From the NCBI GenBank assembly GCA_051294905.1, contig CM119383.1, forward strand, positions 23,560,001-23,624,000: a DNA stretch of 64,000 bases, written 5' to 3'. The notes under the pieces were generated by a model. That model was not told the origin of the DNA. It ran no database searches and was given only the letters and a program-made list of their open reading frames with translations. The stretch comes from Botryllus schlosseri. Lineage: Eukaryota. Below are positions 51,197 to 63,464 of this stretch, piece by piece (within the stretch, counting starts at the first letter, position 1; the number at the start of each line of letters is the position of its first letter). A program made the translations under genes and the position numbers.

Positions 51197-51625
51197 ATGA
51201 ATGCAGATGCGGGATCGTGGACTGTGACAGGAAGATCACATTATCATTGTTGTGTTCCAAAATGCAACAATGACTAGAGAAAGACCATTAATTTATCTTT
51301 TCACCAGTTTCCCGTGAAAGAAGAAATTAGGAAGAAATGGATAGAAAGAATTAGACGTCAAATCGGGCCGAATTTCAAAGTGAGTAAATTACCAGAAGTG
51401 TTTCAATCTGAATATACTCCCTCCTGTTCTATCGTGATAATGTTGCTATTGACTTTTGTCTAGATAACTGGAAATGCACGTGTTTGTTGGCAGCATTTTA
51501 ATGACGAGGATTATAGACTAAAGTCTGGCGGACGTCTATTTGAAAATTGGAGCAGTTCCTGGGATATTCAAGTGGACGAAGTCAACACCACCATCAAGAA
51601 GGGTGTTGCACAGGCATCAGATGTG
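51197..51625 (+). pseudogene. THAP-domain relic of a DNA transposon
   Basis: HCCVPKCNND*...SFHQFP...RKKWIERIRR, intron 51380-51463, then ARVCWQHF...(frameshift)LKIGAVPGIF. Confidence 0.8.
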
Positions 51626-52984
51626 AGGTCAATGTAAACTGACATGATATGATGCTAGAAATTACTTCAATTTCTTGACAATGACCGGTACACGGTAGAT
51701 AGGTGTCTAATGTGTGAGAGATTCCAATATTATTCAAAACTATTTCACGAACTCGGCACATATTTCAATGGGGTGGAAGGGAGAGTAACCTATCACTACA
51801 TAATACTGTCTTGCTAACAATATGTAGAGTTTAGTGCAGCCAAAAATATAACTTGCACAACTCAGTAATCAGAAAAAAAGATGTAATGTGTGCCTGGCTC
51901 CGCCTCACTGAATGAGCGAAGAAACGACCAGAGTAGTGGTATTTCACCGGCGGCGCCTCCGCCTCCCCCTTATCCTACGCTTCGTACCGACCGGCAATTC
52001 CAGCTCAACAATGACCGCCCGCGCCCCCGAGGCGGACGTCCACGTTCGCTTCCAGGTGTCTTGAGCCAAGGCCCATCGGTTCTCAATGAGTCACCTATAC
52101 CCACTCGGTAGCGATAAGTTCTGAATCTTACGAGAGCCCACCCTGCAACCGCGGCCGCCCACTTTCGGCCTTCGTTCCAATCAGGGGACGTCTTGCTGCC
52201 TCGCTCCGCAGGGGATTAGGTTAGACTTCATCACGATTTTGCTACGATTTCCTGCACTGAAGAGGATGCTATCCTCCCTCAGCTGCCCAATGATCTTCAC
52301 CTACGCTGTCGGGGAGCGGGCAAGTCGCAACCCCACCAACGCATTGCCCCCTATCACCGTGGCGGATGGATGCTCTTTAGGGGGTATTAGAGAGAACTCC
52401 TTGACGGCCAGACCATTCCGGCCATGCTGACGGCCAGACCATTCCGGCCATGCTATCGTATGTCGATCCATCATTTGGGCAACTGCCGACCCATTTCTTA
52501 CTCGTTCATCTGGCATCCTTCAACTACTTCTACCTTCAGGCACTTCTACCTTTTTCTACTTCGACTTATACCTCTACTTTGCTCTGGTTCGGGGTGCGCC
52601 TTCTACTTTTGCCCCGATGGCGTCTTCCGACTACTTGCAACCTTCCACTGATTCGGTTAGTACCAGGCAACTGAGACGATTGCTCGCCTTATCGACACTG
52701 CTTCATTTATATTTGAAATCTCCAACCAGACCCAGGGTCCGCAATAGATATTTGCTACTTCTCGTTCGAACTCCGACTCTACTCTTTTTATGCATATCTT
52801 ACCTTGCGGCTGAAGTTCCCTTTTCATCGATCGGTGAGTTCTTGCTCCCTCGGGTTGAGTTCGCTCGGAGCTGAAGTGAGACCTGCCACTTATACGAGAC
52901 TCACGCAATTCACGCTTCACAATTCGCAAAGGAGGCAAATTTTATTGAACAGGCAAGCGTATGAACAAATAGGAAAAAGCACTG

Positions 52985-54587
52985 TTATCTCCGACTTGAC
53001 GGTTTTCTACCTCTCTTGAATCGATCGGTGACCATCCGAGAGGTTGCATGGAGCACCCGTAGCGTTGTAATTCTTAGGTCGAATCGTCTCAGACCTATAC
53101 ATTGAAGGACATGGGCGGACTCTTTCGCTAAACAGCCCCTCCAGGATAGGGTTGCCGTCGTCACTTTTACTCTCCGAGATCCTGTAATTCCTCGGACCCA
53201 ATCTTTGATGGGTTTCAGATCGTATTTGCCCTTTTCCTGGCATGACATCGCTCCAACTTGACCATGTGTGAGTCCAGGACTATCTGGACGTCTATGATCC
53301 ACGCCCTCTTTTCTTTCTCTTGCCAGCAGATGATATCGGGTTTTTGTTAGAATCCCCGACCGGTATCGTAGGTTCGACCCGGGTTTCATTGCCAATCCTC
53401 ATCAGTCCTGCAACGATAATGTTCATGACGGCATTATGCCGGATAATCCGTTGGCCCCACGTGTCCGGGCACGTTTGACTGATGTGACCGATAGATTCTA
53501 CCCTTTTCGCTGAATGACACCCCCTGATGGGTCAAAACTTTTCTTTTCGAGAGCGTCCTCTGGCTCCACGACTTCTTGTGTGGGCCAGATTCCCTCTAAT
53601 TTTGACTGCCTACATGTAGGCCCGTCCGCTGAGGAGTGCCGTTCCGTCGGTCACCACCATCGTTGCAAGTCAACTTCAGCAGCTTCAGTCCCGAGCCGTC
53701 CTGGGTTTGGTATAACCAACCCGCTTAAGCCGCTCTTGCTTCGGCCAAGTCTTCTACCTTGCCCCGTTGATCTCGGGGAGTCCCATCCTGACAATGGTCC
53801 TTGACACATGAGTGCTGTGATCCAGTGTTCTGATATTCTCGTCGGATGATGCTTTCATTTTTGTCAACCTATTTCTCCTCAAAAGTATTAGTTGGCTTGC
53901 CAATTCGGGCACATCTAGGCCGCCTTGCTTTGCGGATGTATGAAAGAATGGAATTCCAGTGTCTTTCGGTAAGTGTAACCACTTCCTGATCCTGCTTCGA
54001 ATTTTCAGGTCGAATACTTCAAGTTGTTTCGACTTCACGTTTTCCAGCGTTTCCCCATAGATCAGTTGGGGGTTACATTTCCTAAGGAGGAACATCTTTT
54101 GCTGAGGTTTCAATGGGGCCTCAGTTATCTCATTGAGTCCTTTTTCCAAAATGTTCCCAACAGATGTCAGAGTGCCACCTCTGCCGATCTCGATGCCCAG
54201 ATACTTGGAAGGTTTCATCTGGCTTCATTGGTATGAAATCTCGCTCATCCACTCCAAAGGTGGTGTCTAGGTCGACAAAGGTTTGTCGTCGTTTGCCGTC
54301 TGCCCTCAAGGTAAGAGATCTGCACTTGAGTGCGTTAGCATTCAAACCTGTTTCCTTGAGGCAGCGTTGTCAACTGTCTTTCCATGCCTTCCGGGGTTTC
54401 GGTTAGTGAGGCAATATCATCCGCGAATCCTAGCGCGGTTATCGTTTTCCCATTTATTTTCGGACCCATGACTGCCAGTTTGCAAAAGGCCTCATTGAGC
54501 ACTGCATTGAACAAAATCGGTGACATTGGGTCACCTTGTCGAGCCCCACTTGATACGGTGATGTTGCAACCGTAGAGGTACGTAGTC
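52985..54587 (-). pseudogene. R2 retrotransposon ORF, C-terminal half (RT, CCHC knuckle, restriction-like endonuclease), frameshifted
   Basis: GARQGDPMSPILFN, GFADDI, KYLG, IRKWLHLPKDT...GGLDVP, GCH...ESIGHISQTCP...RIIRHN, VEP...KPDII...IIDVQ, K..KY, TATLSWRG. Confidence 0.9.
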
Positions 54588-54830
54588 TAGGGTTGCCATA
54601 CGTCCAGAATTTCCCGGACATGTCCGGAATTTCACTGTTCAAACCAGCGTCCGGAAGGAATTTTTAAAATATTCCAAATGTCCGGAATTTGAAGACTTGA
54701 CGACGTAGGCTCATATTTTTTTCGTAAATCAGCATAAAAACAATATTATTTGGAATATTTATGCTGTTACATGATATTTTTCATCGCGCCGGCCGTTTAA
54801 ATGCTTTATTCAAAGATAGTGGTTCCAAAC
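54588..54830. mobile_element. hAT-type left end abutting the break in the R2 RT domain
   Basis: Same family as 46922; R2 coding sequence stops at this junction. Confidence 0.65.
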
Positions 54831-55987
54831 GGGGGGGGGGGGTTGTCTGCCTTTATTCTGGGGTTTGCGAATATGTTGAACGTAATCAGCTTCCAAAATA
54901 GCCCGTGAGTAAGTCTGGGCAAATGTGCTGACTTCTTTTATCAGCACGACACGAAATTTGTTTGTTAAGATATTTAACTTGTCGATCGGTGTATCCCCAC
55001 TCAATGATGAAAGAAAATTATCGAACGTCTTCTTCCGAAGCTCATACTCTTTTTCAGCGGCCAATGCTCATACTCTTTTTCAGCGGATGGGCAATCAGGA
55101 CTGATATTGAGCTTGTCTGGTTTTAGAATTCTTTCTGCCATTGTTGTATGTTGCTTGAATTGTCGTGAACTGGCTATCGAGTCGACATAACTAATTGAAG
55201 CTTTATTGAGGTAAATGTATCCAAGGTAGCTTTAAGCAACATACAACATAATACAACATACAGCAGAACAGAAAAGGATAGAATGACAAGACAATGGCGA
55301 CACAATGTAACGTGCAACAGAAACAATCAGAGGAAAGCAATAATTGCCTAATTACGGATCACAACACTGTATCAACTGAGCTGGAGATTAATTTACTGAG
55401 CTGGAGATTAATTTACTTTGAAGCCGGTTCATTAATGTGCTACGATTACGCTGCGTACGTACCTCTCATGCGTAATCCAGATTCAAATTAAAGGTAATGT
55501 GGCAAAGTATGAGTAGTAATTAAAGTCGCAAGAAATCACTCTTTCCATTTCCAATCTTCTTTGTTGCTATTGTCACATTTTGCATTATGCGGTATGTGTT
55601 CCAAATTAATACGTGATACGTATCCTAATCCCTTATTCGCAAAACAAGTCAATCAGTGCTTGCGATTCCTATATGACTCATATCTATCACCCGTAAAGGA
55701 TTAACGGCCATGCCAAAAAAAAGACGGCCTTGTGACAAAAACAGGAAACACTCGGTCAGGGGAGGGCTAAGTTCAGAAAAACTGCAAGCATCGCTTAACA
55801 TCAAGGCTATTTAAGCTGCACAGTGCACACTGCTAGGAACGCAGCGACCAAGAAAATAAGCTATGTAGTATTGCATATACATTTCAGTGAAGAGGTTCTT
55901 AAACTGGGGGTGTGAAAGTATCAGAAGGTGGCGCGAAGCGCTCCACGTGATTCACCCCCAGCTTATACTTTTTGCTCTGCGTATTGC

Positions 55988-56170
55988 AGGGTTGTAATGA
56001 CTCGAGTCCGACTCGAGTCACGTTTTTCAGATGACTCGACTTGACTCGAGTCATTGTCTCAAAATCCGGAAATGACTCCACACGACTCGAGTCAATTTGT
56101 GGATTGACTCGACTTGGATTCGAGTCAGTGCGCATGACTCGAACCAAATCATATGACTCGAGACTCAGAC
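55988..56170. mobile_element. hAT-type MITE end with GACTCGAGTC arrays
   Basis: CAGGGTTGTAATGACTCGAGTC followed by multiple GACTCGA motifs. Confidence 0.6.
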
Positions 56171-56819
56171 CGACGTTTCATTGTAATTTCGAGGAATATA
56201 ACGCGGCGCTCCGGTCGGTTCGATTTCATTCTGACTTGACTGTTGAAGTGAAAGGAGCTCCACGTTAGTTAGATTTAGGGTAGGAGCTAGATACAAGTTA
56301 GATAGGACGCTGGTTATGGCGAAAGACAGGTGCTGCGGAATGGCTGGCGGCCTTCAGGGGGACTTGCCCCCCTGACTGTGGCTGGGGCAATATTTTCGCG
56401 CATCGCACGGACGAATTTTTCGCTTGTGCGCGGCTTTCATTGAAAACGCGCCAGCTGGGTGGGGGGTCGTAGCGCGGTGCGTTTTCGCGCATCGTGCGGA
56501 CGGATTTTTCGCTTGTGCGCGGCTTTCATTGAAAACGCGCCAGCAGGGTGGGGGGTGGTAGCGCAGCGTTGCGTGGGACCCTCTGGGACCTGCTCACGTT
56601 TCGGTGGTAAAGTTCAGTCAGTTTGTAGATGTCAGGGTGTATGAGTTTGCGTTATTACAGTCAAAGGCGACACCATATCTGTGTCAGCGTTTTTCAGATC
56701 GCGTAAGAGCTACTCGGGCTTCATTTTTTCGAGTACCTTCTTCCAATCCGGGTTTTTCGCTTTCAATCATTGGTTCAGTAGCATATTCATTTTCATGTTT
56801 TTCGTTATTAGACATCAAA

Positions 56820-57412
56820 ATGGAAACTGTAATCAGAGCCTACGGTAATAAAATAAATATTACCATCTACAAGAACCATCGAGTTGCAATTGCAAACTTG
56901 ATCATCAAACAAGGATTTTACGCGCGTTGGGTCGTGGAGGGCGACAGCCGAATTACTTTCAACCAAGATGGGAGATTGAAGTATAAAGTACTTCCCGAAT
57001 GTCCCTTCCACTCCAACGTGTCGTACCCGTCTACACTTGACTTGTTGCTGGAAGACTTGTGATAGAGTTTCAGGGCAACCTGTTCCTTGCCACCCAGTGG
57101 CAAGGCCGCAAAACTATAGCCGGCCTCGTCTTTTACGACGACTTTCAGGTCTTGGCCCATGTCTATTATGATAAACAGGTGGAAATCTTGCCATCCGGGC
57201 TCAAACAGCCCATCATTCTCAAAGTCGAGAAAAAGCCCTATGACAACGCCGTAAGGCCGGTCTTCCGTGCCGGTGGCCCTCCGGTCTATTGGAGGCCAAA
57301 CCAAGTGGCGGCGCAGCAGCAACCACCGCAGCTTGCGGTTATCCGTCCCTTGGATGGAGTGGCACCAAGGCCAAAAAGAAATATCCGAGCCCCAATCCGA
57401 ATGGACTTGTAA
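56820..57412 (+). other. Unidentified intronless coding block (80-aa and 117-aa overlapping ORFs, or one ~200-aa ORF with a 1-nt deletion)
   Basis: ATG at 56820; the TGA at 57060-57062 overlaps a GTG start at 57059; no motif recognised. Confidence 0.4.
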
Positions 57413-58004
57413 TTGAACTGATTGTCGTTTCTTTTGAACTGATTGTCGTTTCTTTAAGTTTCTTTGCTCTTGATATTTGAAGTACCTTTCGACATTGAAT
57501 TTTTCATGCATTTTGCCATCTTTTTTACGTAAACTAAGTTAAATTTATTTATTTTGGGCCACCTTTGCTACTATCATGTATTGCGTTATGTGTCGTTCTT
57601 ATTTTTTTTTGGCCACTTGGTTCCAATATCTGTCTTGTTTTATTTTATTATGGTCAGGATTTTATCGCTTTTACCGCAATTTTAACCGCATTTCTTTTAA
57701 TCGCTCTGTTTCTTTTTCAGATCGTATGCGTTAGTCTAAACGTGTTCTGAAACGTCTAAACGTGTTCTGAAACACTAGTTAACTACTGCAATGCGTCTAC
57801 GACAGAATGGGGCATAAAGACGTCGGTCTCAGCGTGTCGGTACAGTGCGAGGATGTCAAGCAGGGGTTGGAGTGAGGACGACTCTTCGTGAGAGAAGAAG
57901 TATTGTGTAACAGTACGTGAACTTTAGTCAGCATTGCGTTGTTCGATCACGCCGTGCTTTCTAAAGCTTTATTTACTGTTACATACTATCACAATACTAA
58001 TATA

Positions 58005-60841
58005 AAGTAGTTGTGCACGAAGTGTCTTGGCAAAGTGGATTTTCCTTTGCTACCTTACGGACACAGGCCGCCTCTTGCTAGTAGGCTTGACGGTGCTCCA
58101 GGTGTTTACTATGGGTTTCGCCTCAGCACGGGCTTGAAGAATATCCGCATGCTGTTCAAGTTCCGACATCAGTTCTTGCCCTTCGGGTTCCTTCCCGATT
58201 ATATCGTCAAGTATTGTTTCTGCGCCCTGATCTTTCGCACCCGTAACGGCCGAGGGCTCCAAGGACCTAAGGTATGAGAACACACCTTTAGCCCGGTTCG
58301 TGCCACCTTCGCTGGTATAGGTGGTTGGCTCACTGTCATTTCCAATAGGGGGCGCCGGGCCCGAAGGCTCCGCCGCCATATCCAAATCTGATTTTCTACT
58401 GTCATCGATCCCAAGCGATCTTTCCACTTGTATATCCCTTAACAGGGCCAGATAAGCAATGCTTTTTCTGCGGCAATCGACTGCGTCGAAGGTTCGCTGA
58501 CCGAACAAGGATTTTGCGAGCTCTCGACTTAGGTATACTACCTTCTTTCCTGACTCTAGGAGGTCCGCCTCAGCCGAAGCCAGTAGGCGGTCCTCTTCCG
58601 TACTTCATCGAGGGCGTTTGCTGGGAGCAGCGCTCAGCATCTCTGAGTTGACCACGCTCAGGTGCCTTTTCCGTGTATGCAGAGCCAAACCAGACATGGG
58701 GTGATTACTTCACGAATGTAATCGATTGCGATTACGATTACTTCTGAATCACGCGATTACGATTACGATTACAGCAAAATCAGGAAGTAGTCGATTATGA
58801 TTACGATTACATTGGAAAAGTAATCACGATTACTCACGATTACATTTATTTTGCTACTCAGAACTAATAAGTGAAGATATATTGGAAGACAATGTATGGA
58901 TTGCGATGAAAGGCATATTATGAAATAACAACTTTCTTTATAAATGACGCATCATTTGCTTCTCACGCCATAATGTGTAACCATTGCTCAACTTGATAAG
59001 GAACGATTTATCGCACCCAACGATTTGCATTCTTGCCAGGTCTGTAACTGCCGCACCCGAAACTCCACAATAGGGCGGGGAGCGAGCTCGAAGTGGACTT
59101 AAAAGTAGTTCGTAAACCAACATAAATTATGGAGTATTTTTGAGAGATGATATTAACTCGAAAATTTTCTTCGAGCTTCGCGGTTTAAATGGATCTAGAT
59201 TGCTTGATTTTTGAATGTATAACCCTCCCCCTAAAGAAAAAAAGCATGCTATAGGAATAGGCATTTCGGTACCGGTCATTATCGAGCCACGACACACCAA
59301 AAGACATATGCAGCAGTTTCGGCCAACATGCGACTCCACGAAGTGTGCTACTAAAGAACGACCTTGACCAAACTTTGAGTCTGTGTCCATTGTCAATAGC
59401 CGCGCTGGGTGGGCTGTGTCCTATCCTTCCAATCTGAGTCCACAATACAAATGCCACCCGAAGCACCCACAGAGGAATGCCAATTTGTGTGTGAGTTTCA
59501 CGTAAGTTTTTCTTTTAGTGTGCTACGTTTGGACGACTACAATATCTTTGGATTTAATAACAGACCGGAGTCACGAATTAACAACATAAAATAAAGTAAT
59601 TATAACAAGATATAATTATTATGAATTATACATGCACCCAGCTCTACCGGTAAATTTGACCGTCGGGGGCTGAGAGCGGATTAAAAATAAATAGTAATAT
59701 AATGCAATAACTAATATTATCGACGAAATTCGGCCTTCAACTTGAACATTTACCACCCGTGTTCAACACCAACGTTTGGAATGGGGGACGAATTGCTGTT
59801 TTGGTCCTGATTCTAGCTACAACTCACGCTGACGTGTTATATGCGCGGATGGCTATGGCGGCAGGTCCAAATGTAGAGTAAAGAATTGAGAAATAACGAT
59901 TGATGCCCGTTTAAAGTAGAGTCGTAGGAGAATAAGATAAAGTGAACATAAAATTCTGCCTTCCACTTGATACAGATACTGCAAACTGCCGTTACGAGAA
60001 ACGGAAAAGAACGGCTCGGTTATCATATATAGCCTACCAGCAGCTGTTGATTTCTAATTCTTCATTGTGGAAATCGTAATGTTTTATTTGACGAGTACAA
60101 AATTTCCAATCTTTGTCCCGTGTCCGTCCGTACGTACTACATAGGCCTACTGATCACCAAGCAACAACGGCCAAACTGCGTTTAACTGAGCATACCCCAG
60201 CATCAATGCAGATGTTGCTATTTGAAACTAGGCAGAGTGGTGATTTTATCCTGCTGCGAGGTATTCGCGTCCGGATTATATTGATGACCTGATATACAGC
60301 ATGGCGGGTGTTCTTGCATTCACACTACAATGTACATCGAATAGTCTATTTATTATGTGTGGATACTTCTTACGTAATCACGAGCGAAGCTAATAGTTCT
60401 GACGTAATAATGAGCAGTGGCGTTCGAAAATCAGACGTTTGTGCTATGACTAACCTGGTATAACAATTAATATCTCTTCCTTGCTCACGAATGTTCGGTT
60501 CAGTTTATGTAATAGTTTTTGTACAAATAAAAAGTAATCGTTCTTTCACAAAGAAATCGATTAGATATGGGAAGTAGTCGATTACGATTACGATTACTTC
60601 GGATTTTTTTCGAATGTAATCGATTGCGATTACGATTACTTGAAAATGCTGTAATCGTCGTAATCGATTACGATTACTAATCGCGATTACCCCATGTCTG
60701 AGCCAAACCCGATTTCGTGAGGAATGACAGTGCACAGTTCGCACACCGATGTAGCTGCATGCTACTCGGGCCCGGTCCCCCAGAGGGGGACTGGGAGCCT
60801 GCTACTAATCCCGGGGCTGCACACAGCCCCTCTTCTGACCT
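58005..60841 (-). pseudogene. R2 N-terminal part (C2H2 zinc finger, Myb domain, linker), split by a hAT insertion
   Basis: Joining 60841-60709 to 58690 and below gives MQLHRCANCALSFLTKSGLALHTRKRH...KRPR*STEEDRLLASAEA...RTFDAVDCRRKSIAY (Myb Trp changed to stop). Confidence 0.88.
58691..60700. mobile_element. hAT-type non-autonomous element (2010 bp)
   Basis: TIR CAGACATGGGGT; perfect 8-bp TSD AGCCAAAC at 58683-58690 and 60701-60708; GATTAC arrays at both ends. Confidence 0.92.
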
Positions 60842-61037
60842 CCTCAAGAGAGTCATTGTTACTCTCGCTGTTTACCCGCGCTTGGTTGAATTTCTTCACT
60901 TTGACATTACTTTGACATTCAGAGCACTGGGCAGAAATCACGTAGCGTCAACACCGGGTTGCGACCGTCGCTACGCTTTGTTTTAATTGAACAGTCGGAT
61001 TCCCCGGGTCCGTACCAGTTCTAAGTCAGCCGTTCGA
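60842..61037 (-). rRNA. 28S rRNA gene fragment (pseudogenic) ending exactly at the R2 insertion site
   Basis: Minus strand reads GACTTAGAACTGG...GGGGAATCCGACTG...GTGATTTCTGCCCAGTGCTCTGAATGTCAAAGT...GAAGAAATTCAACCAAGCGCGGGTAAAC...GACTCTCTTGAGG, versus the canonical ...CTCTCTTAAGG^TAGC. It carries an 11-bp duplication and point changes. Confidence 0.95.
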
Positions 61038-61699
61038 CAGAGGCGCTGCTTTACTTTGAAGAAGTTCTCTACAATTCCTCATTCCTTAGAGGTGGCGTTC
61101 CCCTGAGGTGTTTTAAGCCGTTCCGCTCAATCGCGGTCATTTCTCTCCTTTTTTTAGTTTTTAGCAAAGCGAGTAAGGGTTATTATCGAGGAGCGTGTTC
61201 TTCTCTACTTTTGCCTCCTGTTTTAGTTTAGTTTTTTGCTTTGCAAAGAGGGAAGAAAAGTTTTGCCTTGGTCTGTCTGTATGCTTTGGAAGAGTGCCCT
61301 AGCAGGCGCTCTTTCTCAAAGTTTTGTTCAAGTTCTTTGGTCACGGCCCTCTTTCCCTTGCTGCTTTTTTGTGTACTTTATGGTTAATTGCTTGATTCTT
61401 TCTTTGACCGCCTCCCACCACTCGACTCGGGTGGGGTAAACCAGCGGGTGCAAAGTCTCCCACTTTTTTCATTTTTCTGTTCAACTCATCTTGGAAGTCT
61501 TTCCTTTTGAATGTTTGTGTGTTATTTTTCCAAGTTGTATTCACTTTTCGACGTTTACCACAGCGCGAAATGCGCAGGGCGTCGCCCGAGGCCGGTGCTG
61601 CGATGAATAGCGTTGGAAGGGGCCAAGCCCCGACATCATACGCCATTGCGGCGGGGAATATAGAACCGATCGATCGGTCATGTGATCTTGGAATAAAAA

Positions 61700-62400
61700 T
61701 GATGATTTATTTGACAGTATCGGATTACAATAAGAACATTTGGATGGGATAGTACAATTACCGAACGGACAATTAGACCTGACCTTTACAGGAAGGAAGG
61801 AGTCTCGCGATCCGAACAGACAGGAAAATAGAAGAACTCAAAAAGAATGGGGGCGGCTTTCCGGCCCACGTTTCAGAAAACGTAGCCGTGTATCTAAGTT
61901 GGGTACCGATTCACGCTCAGAGAGGAAAGGCTAATCGTATACTTTCGAAACAGTCACGGACAGACAGACGGACATTTATTGCTTTGTCAAACATAGAACG
62001 TTGACTTGAGGTGACTATATGGCCATTAAAGGCCTTGTTACTCATCACCTCCATGGCAGTGAAGTGATCAGGTGTATTCACGGGGAGATAAAAAGCATAG
62101 TCCAACAGAAGGACAAGAGAGGAGTTAAGACCGGAGTGAGAACCTTCCTCAACCGGAGTGAGAACCTTCCTCAAGACCGGAGTGAGAACCTTCCTCTTCG
62201 CCAAAAAAAAATGGATGAATGACCAACAAGAAGTTATATATGGATTGACGGCGCGAAAATCGCTGTAAAGTACAGAGAGCAGATATCTACATGTGGCTAC
62301 TGCGGAGAGCCGGGCCACATTCAGAAGTTCTGCAAGGAGAACCCGAAGAAAGTAGAACAGATCGGTAGAGAAATGCCGAAAGAAGAGAACCTATGAGAGA
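61700..62400 (+). pseudogene. Tx1/L1-clade LINE ORF1 relic
   Basis: MDGIVQLPNGQLDLTF... and IWIDGAKIAVKYREQISTCGYCGEPGHIQKFC (CCHC knuckle); disrupted by a triple ~22-24-bp repeat at 62128-62197. Confidence 0.7.
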
Positions 62401-62929
62401 AAAGGGCCAACAAGAAACTACCCCAAAAGCTCATGAAAAAGAGTACGCGAAAAGATGGATAGGATAAATCTCAGAAGACAACTGAGAGGCAGATAAATCC
62501 CAGAAGACAACTGAGAGGCAGAGTCAGAACGACACTCTTACAACGCCCCAGATGGATATACAAGCAGAGGACGAGGCAATTTCAACCCCAGTTACGCTAG
62601 ACCGATATATGATGACGCTGCTACCTAATGAGCTTCTCCCTCAACGCGGTAAACGATCGAACTTTTAGGGGTTTATTGCATTCACAAAGTGCATATAGAT
62701 TTCCACAATGGAAATAAATGGCGAAATGAATGCATCTAAAGGATTATATCAACATTCGGCTGTTGGCAAGATTTGCACTGGTATGATTTGCTTCTGTGGA
62801 GTTGCATGCGTAATATGTACCATTTCTAGAGCAGACATAACTCGGAATCGTGACAATGAGTATTATGATTGTAGTTCGTTCGTTTCGCATACATTAGCCT
62901 ATCGCGTATTGCTTCGTAGTTTTCGCGCT

Positions 62930-63340
62930 CGTTCTGTTATATTCTCCAGGATTTCTTCCGTTTCTTCATCATACTGATTTCGGCTTCTTCTTTCGAGTCT
63001 TCGTATCACGGAGTTCTGTATCCATTTCTTGTCGATGTAGGGTGTTTTCCAGATTTTCGTATTTCTTGCTGTCTACAAGGCTTGCTTGAACATTGATATT
63101 AGCTTTATCAGCGACTTATAGTTACTTACCTTTATGGGCCCTTCTGGATGATGGTTGATGATGGTTCGGAGGTCTGCTTTTTGTCTTGTGTCCCCTGTCG
63201 ATTCGTTCCAAAAATCTAAAAACAGATTTATTACTGGGTTTGTTGCCTCGCATTTTACAAATGGGTGGTCGTGGGCTTGTGCGTGAATGTTACAAAAAGA
63301 GCAGTGTGCAGTATGAGCGGCCAACCTTGCATCCAATCAG
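62930..63340 (-). pseudogene. Tx1/L1-clade ORF2 C-terminal relic
   Basis: HCSFCNIHAQAHDHPFVKC...FW...LISMFKQAL*TARNTKIW matches the C..C.......H....C finger and the K..IW..R-type tail. Confidence 0.6.
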
Positions 63341-63464
63341 TCCCTTGTTCGGAGCAGATATTGTGCTATGTCCCAATTTATTTAGCGGTATTTCTGGTTC
63401 AAGCATTGATTTTGTATGCCTTTCCGGTTGGGCCTCTGCGGTCTGTAACATCTCTGGGGTCCGG

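Noticed and set aside
60745-60900. Definite HDV-like ribozyme call
   Set aside because: P1/P3/L3/J4-2 could not be assigned by eye and the leader is also an open frame; kept only as a hypothesis.
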